This document shows, in pieces, positions 38,560-45,925 of a stretch of DNA of 45,925 nt (its first letter is position 1; each line of letters begins with the position of its first letter). The DNA is taken from the NCBI GenBank assembly GCA_002788395.1, contig PFRF01000056.1, forward strand, positions 1-45,925, given 5' to 3'. The position numbers were made by a program, and so were the translations under genes. Source of the DNA: Candidatus Levybacteria bacterium CG_4_9_14_0_2_um_filter_35_21 (GTDB lineage Bacteria; Patescibacteriota; Microgenomatia; Levybacterales; UBA12049). The notes beneath the pieces were generated by a model. It worked only from the letters and a program-made list of their open reading frames with translations, was not told the origin of the DNA and did not search any database.

Positions 38560-39627
38560 ATGTTTAATTTCTCCACAACTATAATTTTGCCATTTTTTAT
38601 TGCCTTTATATTGACCGTAATTGCTACTCCAATTTCTTTAATTTTTATTAAAAAAGCAGGTCTTATCGATGATCCAAAAAAACGTCATCATCCCGCTACA
38701 CTTCATACTAGACCAATTCCAAGAAGTGGTGGAATTCCTTTTTTTCTAGGTATTGCAATAACGGGGATTATTTTTTTACCTGTAGAAAAAATAACCGTTG
38801 CTTTATTTATCGCCGGACTTATTTCTCTAACTATCGGTGTTTTAGATGATAAGTATGATATTTCACCGTACTTTAGATTTTTAATAAATATTATTTCTGC
38901 TTCTATTGTTGTTTACGCCGGCGCAAATATTCCTTTTATTACAAATCCTTTCGGAGGAATTCTTTATTTAAATGCATTAAAATTGTCTTTTCTTCCGGTC
39001 GGAGTTCCTTTCTTCTTTTCTTATGCGATTGCCATACTTTGGATCGTCTGGATTATGAATATGCTAAATTGGAGCAAAGGCGTAGACGGACAAATGCCCG
39101 GAATCATTGCAATTTCTGCCATTGTAATCGGCATTTTAAGTTTACGTTTCCCCGTAATTGATCATTATAGCTTAATAAGTGCAAAGCTGTCTTTTATGAT
39201 CGCAGGTGCAGCAATTGGTTTCTTACTTTTTAATTTTTATCCCGCTAAGATTTTTCCCGGATATGGAGCAACCTCTATATATCTTTTATTAAGCGTTGTT
39301 TCTATTTTAGCAAGTACAAAACTTGCAACGGCAATTTTGGTAATGGGTGTTCCAATCGTAGATGGAATTTTTACCATAACCAGAAGAGTTCTTTCCGGAA
39401 AATCTCCCTTCTGGCACGATAAAAAACACTTGCATCATCTCTTATTGAAAAGGGGTTATGGACACAGAAAAATAGCATTGTTTTATTGGTTAATTTCTGC
39501 TATATTAGGGTCGCTTGCCCTAGTTCTATCTAGTAAGGGCAAATTGTTTGCTATTGTTATGGTTGCAATAGTTGTAAGTGGAATAATATTGTTCCTACAA
39601 TTAACAATAGAGGATCCAGATGATTAG
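38560..39627 (+). CDS. WecA/TagO/MraY-family polyprenyl-phosphate sugar-1-phosphate transferase
   Basis: HTRPIPRSGG, GVLDDKY, NWSKGVDG, FNFYPAKIF, DKKHLHH. Confidence 0.92.
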   Translation: MFNFSTTIILPFFIAFILTVIATPISLIFIKKAGLIDDPKKRHHPATLHTRPIPRSGGIPFFLGIAITGIIFLPVEKITVALFIAGLISLTIGVLDDKYDISPYFRFLINIISASIVVYAGANIPFITNPFGGILYLNALKLSFLPVGVPFFFSYAIAILWIVWIMNMLNWSKGVDGQMPGIIAISAIVIGILSLRFPVIDHYSLISAKLSFMIAGAAIGFLLFNFYPAKIFPGYGATSIYLLLSVVSILASTKLATAILVMGVPIVDGIFTITRRVLSGKSPFWHDKKHLHHLLLKRGYGHRKIALFYWLISAILGSLALVLSSKGKLFAIVMVAIVVSGIILFLQLTIEDPDD

Positions 39628-40564
39628 ATTTGCTTTCGAGGTCTTTAGACTACTTCGTCCCAGGCAATGGATAAAGAATTTCGCACTCTTTGCTGCAATT
39701 CTTTTTGCGGGAGAATTGTTTGATCAGCTAATTTTTGAAAAAGTTTTTGTAGCATTTTTTGTTTTTTGCGGCTTATCTTCGGCAACCTACATAGTTAATG
39801 ATCTATTTGATATTAAAAAAGACAGGATGCATCCGTTTAAACGATTTAGACCGTTGGCGGGCAATAAAATTTCCGTTAGTGCTGCCATTCTAACTGCTGC
39901 TATTTTAATTTTTATTTCACTCTTTGTCAGCACAACTATAACTCCGGCATTTTTTATAATTTGTCTGGTCTATTTGTCCATCCAATTTCTTTATTCGCTT
40001 TTCCTTAAGTCACTTGCTGTTGTTGATATTCTAGCAATTGCAACAGGATATATACTTAGAGTATACGCAGGAGAATTTGCCAGCGGATTTCATATCTCGG
40101 TTTGGCTTTTATTAACAACAATCTCTATTTCTTTATTTCTTGCAATTGGAAAAAGGCGCTCGGAGCTTACCCTTTTGTCTGCAAACAAAAAGAACCTTAT
40201 TCAAGAAACCAGAGAGTCACTGTCTCGTTATTCCGAACGATTACTGGATGTTTATGCATCAATCTTTGCAACTTCAACTTTTATTACCTATTCTCTTTTT
40301 ACGTTTTTGGAAAACCCAAGAGGGATTAAGATTAGCCTTGGAGTTTTGATGCCAGAATTTCTACCAACTTTTTTTCAAAGAAAATGGCTCATGATAACTA
40401 TATTACCCGTTGTTTACGGGCTTATGAGATACCTTCAGGACATTTATGAAAAAAACGAAGGAGAAAGCCCTGAAAGAGTACTTCTATCTGATAGACCACT
40501 CCTTATAACAGTTGTTTTATGGGTAATAATGGTTATTCTTATAATTTATTTTATCGGTCCTTAA
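39620..40564 (+). CDS. UbiA-family prenyltransferase, decaprenyl-phosphate phosphoribosyltransferase-like
   Basis: LRPRQWIKN, YIVNDLFDIKKDRMHP.K..RPLA, GKRRSEL. Confidence 0.88.
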   Translation: MIRFAFEVFRLLRPRQWIKNFALFAAILFAGELFDQLIFEKVFVAFFVFCGLSSATYIVNDLFDIKKDRMHPFKRFRPLAGNKISVSAAILTAAILIFISLFVSTTITPAFFIICLVYLSIQFLYSLFLKSLAVVDILAIATGYILRVYAGEFASGFHISVWLLLTTISISLFLAIGKRRSELTLLSANKKNLIQETRESLSRYSERLLDVYASIFATSTFITYSLFTFLENPRGIKISLGVLMPEFLPTFFQRKWLMITILPVVYGLMRYLQDIYEKNEGESPERVLLSDRPLLITVVLWVIMVILIIYFIGP

Positions 40565-40568
40565 TCAA

Positions 40569-40955
40569 CTAATCTTCGAGAAAAATAATTATTAATTTTA
40601 TATCTCTATTGTTGGTTTTACTCCAATAGCGTTGGATACCATATTTAGGAATATTTTCTTTATAATGAGTAAATGAATGATAGCTTTTTATCCCATCCTC
40701 TATTGTTTCTCCGCCTGAACGCACATTCTCAACCCCTTCTGTTTCTAACATAGTTAGAACATCCGGATAGTGATGAATATAGAGCACATTTGTGATTGTT
40801 TTTTCTCCAGTATCTTCATTTACAAAATGAATAGTATCTCCTGCTTTCATTTTGTGATATAGAGTAGTATGTCGAAAAACCCGACCTTCTACTTTTTTCT
40901 TGCCATTTTTAATGGCCTTCCACGACCTCTCGGGAAGATGTAATAGATAATGCAT
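40569..40955 (-). CDS. ASCH/PUA-domain protein, probably frameshifted near the C-terminus
   Basis: AIKNGKKKVEGR...KAGDTIHF; after KYGI another frame gives NAIGVKPTIEI*. Confidence 0.8.
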   Translation of the reverse strand: MHYLLHLPERSWKAIKNGKKKVEGRVFRHTTLYHKMKAGDTIHFVNEDTGEKTITNVLYIHHYPDVLTMLETEGVENVRSGGETIEDGIKSYHSFTHYKENIPKYGIQRYWSKTNNRDIKLIIIFLED

Positions 40956-40994
40956 GTAGATATTGTATCAAGAGGTCCGAATCCTCTACTGGGT

Positions 40995-42033
40995 TGTATG
41001 CGTCACGCACTTTTCGGACTTTTGGATTGTATAAAGTTCATAGGCGACATGTATTTAAGTGATGCATGTGGCCTCTGGTAGTTGTACCAGTATAGATACT
41101 TTGTAAGCTCTTTTGCAAATGCTTTGTGATCATAGTAAATTTCATCATTTCTTAAGATAAATTCTTCCTGTATGGTTCTATTAAATCTCTCTATGAAAGC
41201 ATTGATCTTTGGCATTCTGGGATAGATAAATTGGTGCTTAATTCCTTGTTCTTCCAGATACATGTGGAATGACTTGAGAAACTCCGACCCATTGTCTGTC
41301 TGTACTGTATGAATGGAGGTTGATGTTAATTGCTGAAATTGCTTGAATACTTCTCTTGCTGTTGCTGATGAGAGGTTTTGTACATAAACAAATACTTCTC
41401 GTAATTAATATATACGACAATTGAATCCATTTGGATAAACCCGGGAGTTGTTACTCTTGGTGATTTACGTGTTCTTAGCTTTTTGAACTTGTTTGCCTGT
41501 TTTTTTGCATATACTTTCTTCTCAAATGTCAGATGTCTTCTCTTAATAACCTTCCCGATCGTACTTGTCGCAAGGGTTTTAATATCAAGTTCTTTTGCAT
41601 ATGCATCAACGAATGGTTTGAGCATGCTTTTACCAATGTTTCCATGCTCTTTTCTCATCTCCTTAATGAAGGCGATAATTCTCCAGTCTGTTTCCATCCT
41701 TCTTACATGAAGAGGTCTGGTTTGGTGAGGTACTAAACTAATGATTCGTCTCCCGGATCTCTCATAAAGGATCTTCCAATCATAGAAGGTGCTTCTTTTT
41801 ACCTTGAATGCATCAAGAGTTCCCCGCAAACCATATTTGTAGTAGTGGTTGATTACATGAATACGAAATCCTGCTACGTCTGATATCTCTAGAGCTAATC
41901 CATCCTGCATCATTTTCATCAGGATATGATAACCCTTTTTAGAGTATTTCGGTCGAAAGTATCTTACCCGCTTAAAATCACTCGGCATACATTTCTTTTC
42001 CTTAATCGTCCGAAATGTATCGTGACTTATTCA
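40995..42033 (-). mobile_element. IS481-like insertion sequence, decayed
   Basis: Inverted repeats TGTATGCGTCACG-CACTTTTCGGAC and TGAATAAGTCACGATACATTTCGGAC; exact 5-bp target duplication TGGGT (40990-40994, 42034-42038). Confidence 0.88.
41003..41988 (-). pseudogene. IS481-family transposase pseudogene
   Basis: HTH (VKRSTFYDW), FIQMDSI, frame break near 41385, then VQTDNGSEF...NAFIERFNRT...YNYQRPHASL. Confidence 0.88.
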
Positions 42034-42187
42034 TGGGTCGCGAGGACTATCCTTTTTTCACGTATTGGGAGCTGATCTAATTACTCGCTAATCGACTTTA
42101 TTTTACAGATTATTAAGTTTACCGTCTGGTAAAAATATTCCGGAAAAAACATTTAGATAGAACAACATTCAGTAATCCATTAACCAC

Positions 42188-42221
42188 TAACACTCTAATG
42201 ATACGTATCATTAGAGTGTTA
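42188..42221. repeat. Perfect 34-bp palindrome, family B
   Basis: TAACACTCTAATGATAC-GTATCATTAGAGTGTTA. Confidence 0.92.
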
Positions 42222-42266
42222 AAAATAATTTTTAATTGAACTAATAACTATAAACAAACTTAAAAA

Positions 42267-42710
42267 TTAGAAAGGTTTTTTGTTTTTTCTTTTTTTATAC
42301 TCGTGCTCTTTCCGCCAATACGACCAATCGTGTCCTTTTAAAGGAGGAACATCTGTTAATTTCGTTTCTATCTTTTGCCAGAATTCATTCATTTTTTCAT
42401 CACGCAGAATCTTTTCAACGATTTTTCTGTAGCCTTTGTCCGAGTATTTTAAATTTAAACTAACATTGGAAATTGTACTTGGGGTAACTCTGAGCATTTG
42501 TCTTATTGATGGATATGAATAACCCTTTGCTAAAAGTACAGCAATGGAAATTCTTTTTGCCAACATTATTTTTTCTACCGGAGAAAGAAACTCTTCAAGA
42601 AAATTCTCAATATCCTCGGAATCTCTTAAAGCAGAAATAGTATTTTTAAACACTTCAAATATTCTTTTTTCTACATCTTTATGGACCGGATAACGAGAGA
42701 CTTGAGCCAT
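42267..42710 (-). CDS. TrpR-like (YerC/YecD family) HTH protein 2
   Basis: EFLSPVEKIMLAKRISIAVLLAKGYSYPSI...VTPSTISNV; paralogue of 31117-31575. Confidence 0.88.
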   Translation of the reverse strand: MAQVSRYPVHKDVEKRIFEVFKNTISALRDSEDIENFLEEFLSPVEKIMLAKRISIAVLLAKGYSYPSIRQMLRVTPSTISNVSLNLKYSDKGYRKIVEKILRDEKMNEFWQKIETKLTDVPPLKGHDWSYWRKEHEYKKRKNKKPF

Positions 42711-42712
42711 AT

Positions 42713-42745
42713 CACTATGATGATAAGTATCATTAGAGTTGTCAA
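42713..42745 (-). promoter_or_regulatory. Degenerate family B palindrome in the promoter of TrpR-like gene 2
   Basis: CACTATGATGATAAGTATCATTAGAGTT, 24/28 to 42191-42218; abuts TTGACA (42745-42740). Confidence 0.8.
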
Positions 42746-42831
42746 GATAAATAAATTAATTTTGCATTTATGATTTCTAAAACCTTTGAGGCATTGTTTA
42801 TAACTCCAGTTTTTAGGGGTCTGTCCGAGGA

Positions 42832-43677
42832 CTATTCTTTTTTTGCGTATTGAGAACTAATCCAACCTATTTTGCCATCTAACAGCTTAATCTGAAACCA
42901 ATTTTCTTCTTCCGAAACAAGTTCATAACTTTCCCCAGGATTTACGAGCGCTACTTGAGCCGATGATATTGAATTGCTCTCTCTAACTCTTAAAAATCCT
43001 GTTGGAGTAGTCAAAATGGTAATTTTTTTTACAGATGGTGTTGGAGTTAGTGTAATACTTGGGGAAGTTGGTATAGCAGCAGCACTGGCACCAACATCCT
43101 GATTTATGCTTAGAAAAATTATACCTTCAAGTTTGTATCCAACAATTGTTCTAATTCTAATTGCTTTTTCTTTATATCCGTCTTTAGAAAGCTTAACTTC
43201 GTGATCGGATTCCGTAATATTTTTTAATAAAAGTGGACTTGTTCCGGAAAGATTGTTGTCTAAGGAAACTTTAGCTTTATCCGGAAAAGAAACAATTAAT
43301 ACTTGAGCATCTTTCTTATCGTCAATCGGAATAAGATTAATTATACTTCCATGCGAAAGACCTCCTTGTCCAAAAGATCTATCGACAACGGTTAATGTTC
43401 CGGAAGAAATAGTAATCTTACTTTCAAAATAAGAAAAATCTCCCTGAAACGGAACCAACTTAATTGTGTATTCTCCGGTTGTAATCATGTTATTTTGATC
43501 ACACTTACAAAGCGGCGTTTCTCCAATTAATTTTCCATTCAGATAGACTTTGCTTTTTGGCACAGAGGTAACTTGTAGACCGCCTTTATTTGAAGTTTTG
43601 TTTAAAATAATTGTAACCGTTATAAAAATTAATATCGCTATAAGAGGGGGAACAACAATAAAAAGAATTTTTTTCAT
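42832..43677 (-). CDS. Membrane-anchored PEGA-domain protein with C-terminal SH3b domain
   Basis: LQVTSVPKSKVYLNG...G.TP twice; FLRVRE...WFQIKL.DGKIGWISSQY. Confidence 0.85.
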   Translation of the reverse strand: MKKILFIVVPPLIAILIFITVTIILNKTSNKGGLQVTSVPKSKVYLNGKLIGETPLCKCDQNNMITTGEYTIKLVPFQGDFSYFESKITISSGTLTVVDRSFGQGGLSHGSIINLIPIDDKKDAQVLIVSFPDKAKVSLDNNLSGTSPLLLKNITESDHEVKLSKDGYKEKAIRIRTIVGYKLEGIIFLSINQDVGASAAAIPTSPSITLTPTPSVKKITILTTPTGFLRVRESNSISSAQVALVNPGESYELVSEEENWFQIKLLDGKIGWISSQYAKKE

Positions 43678-43715
43678 GTTTAGTAATTATATTACACTAA
43701 AAACTCTGTGACAAT

Positions 43716-43737
43716 AAAAAACCGCGTCTTACGCGGT
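43716..43737 (-). terminator. Terminator after groEL
   Basis: ACCGCGT-AAG-ACGCGGT-TTTTT. Confidence 0.8.
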
Positions 43738-43769
43738 AAACTTTCAACTTTGAACTTTCAACTTTGAAC

Positions 43770-45437
<1,668 letters not shown>

Positions 45438-45463
45438 TTAATTGAAAATTAAAAATCCGATTA

Positions 45464-45760
45464 TTAATTAATAATCGCAAGTATATCTTTTTGCTCTATT
45501 ATTGTCCATTCTTCGTTACCAACTTTAACTTCATTTCCACCCCATTTTTTATACATAACTTTTTGTCCTACTTTTATAATCATTGGAATTTTTTCTCCTT
45601 TTGGGGTAACATCACCGGGACCAATTGCCATTACTTCTCCCGCCTGTGATTCTTTCTTAGCAGTATCCGGAAGGATAATACCACTTACAGTTTTTGCTTC
45701 TGCTTCAAGCGGTTTGACTAAAACATTTCCGAAAAGTGGTTGAATTTTTATATTTTTCAT
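45464..45760 (-). CDS. groS: Co-chaperonin GroES
   Basis: IQPLFGNVLV...SGIILPDTAK...DILAII; start moved to ATG 45760. Confidence 0.96.
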   Translation of the reverse strand: MKNIKIQPLFGNVLVKPLEAEAKTVSGIILPDTAKKESQAGEVMAIGPGDVTPKGEKIPMIIKVGQKVMYKKWGGNEVKVGNEEWTIIEQKDILAIIN

Positions 45761-45774
45761 AAATTGGGCAAAAA

Positions 45775-45801
45775 ATATCACTTGTAAGAAGTGAGTGCTA
45801 A
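45775..45801 (-). promoter_or_regulatory. CIRCE element upstream of groES
   Basis: ATATCACTT-N9-GAGTGCTAA (one perfect arm); promoter TTGACA (45831-45826), 17 nt spacer, TATAAA. Confidence 0.8.
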
Positions 45802-45925
45802 GTTTATACAACAAAAATCTTTAAGTGTCAAGAACCTATAGTTGAGTCCTTTAACACTTGACACGTGAGTCTCAGTTACTATACGATAATTTCAGTGCAC
45901 TAATATGTCCTTATTTTCGGGCAAA

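Overview
AT-rich bacterial chromosome segment. It is most consistent with a Patescibacteria/CPR (Microgenomates-like) genome, inferred from the short IF-2, nusA without rimP, TrbC/VirB2-like pilin, duplicated YerC/YecD TrpR-like genes and many near-leaderless genes. Housekeeping genes: infB (partial), nusA, hrcA-grpE-dnaK-dnaJ, metG, tatD and groES-groEL, with CIRCE boxes, plus an envelope glycosylation cluster. There are two decayed IS481-like elements. Four accessory systems stand out. (1) Four paralogous secreted Asn/Gly/Thr-rich repeat proteins (two soluble, one with a C-terminal TM, one with LPATG) sit with an adjacent sortase, a candidate surface fibre. (2) A DUF2292/YezD-like gene lies beside this locus, and the leaders of both soluble-subunit genes share the 17-nt motif TCGACCGYAAACGGAGA linked to a terminator, a candidate antitermination switch. 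(3) Two TrpR-like paralogues are each bracketed by their own variant of a 26-bp palindrome, with orphan copies elsewhere. (4) A co-oriented run encodes a pilin, a VirB6-like protein, two atypical Clp ATPases, a subtilisin and a free propeptide. All calls come from reading the sequence; no searches were run.
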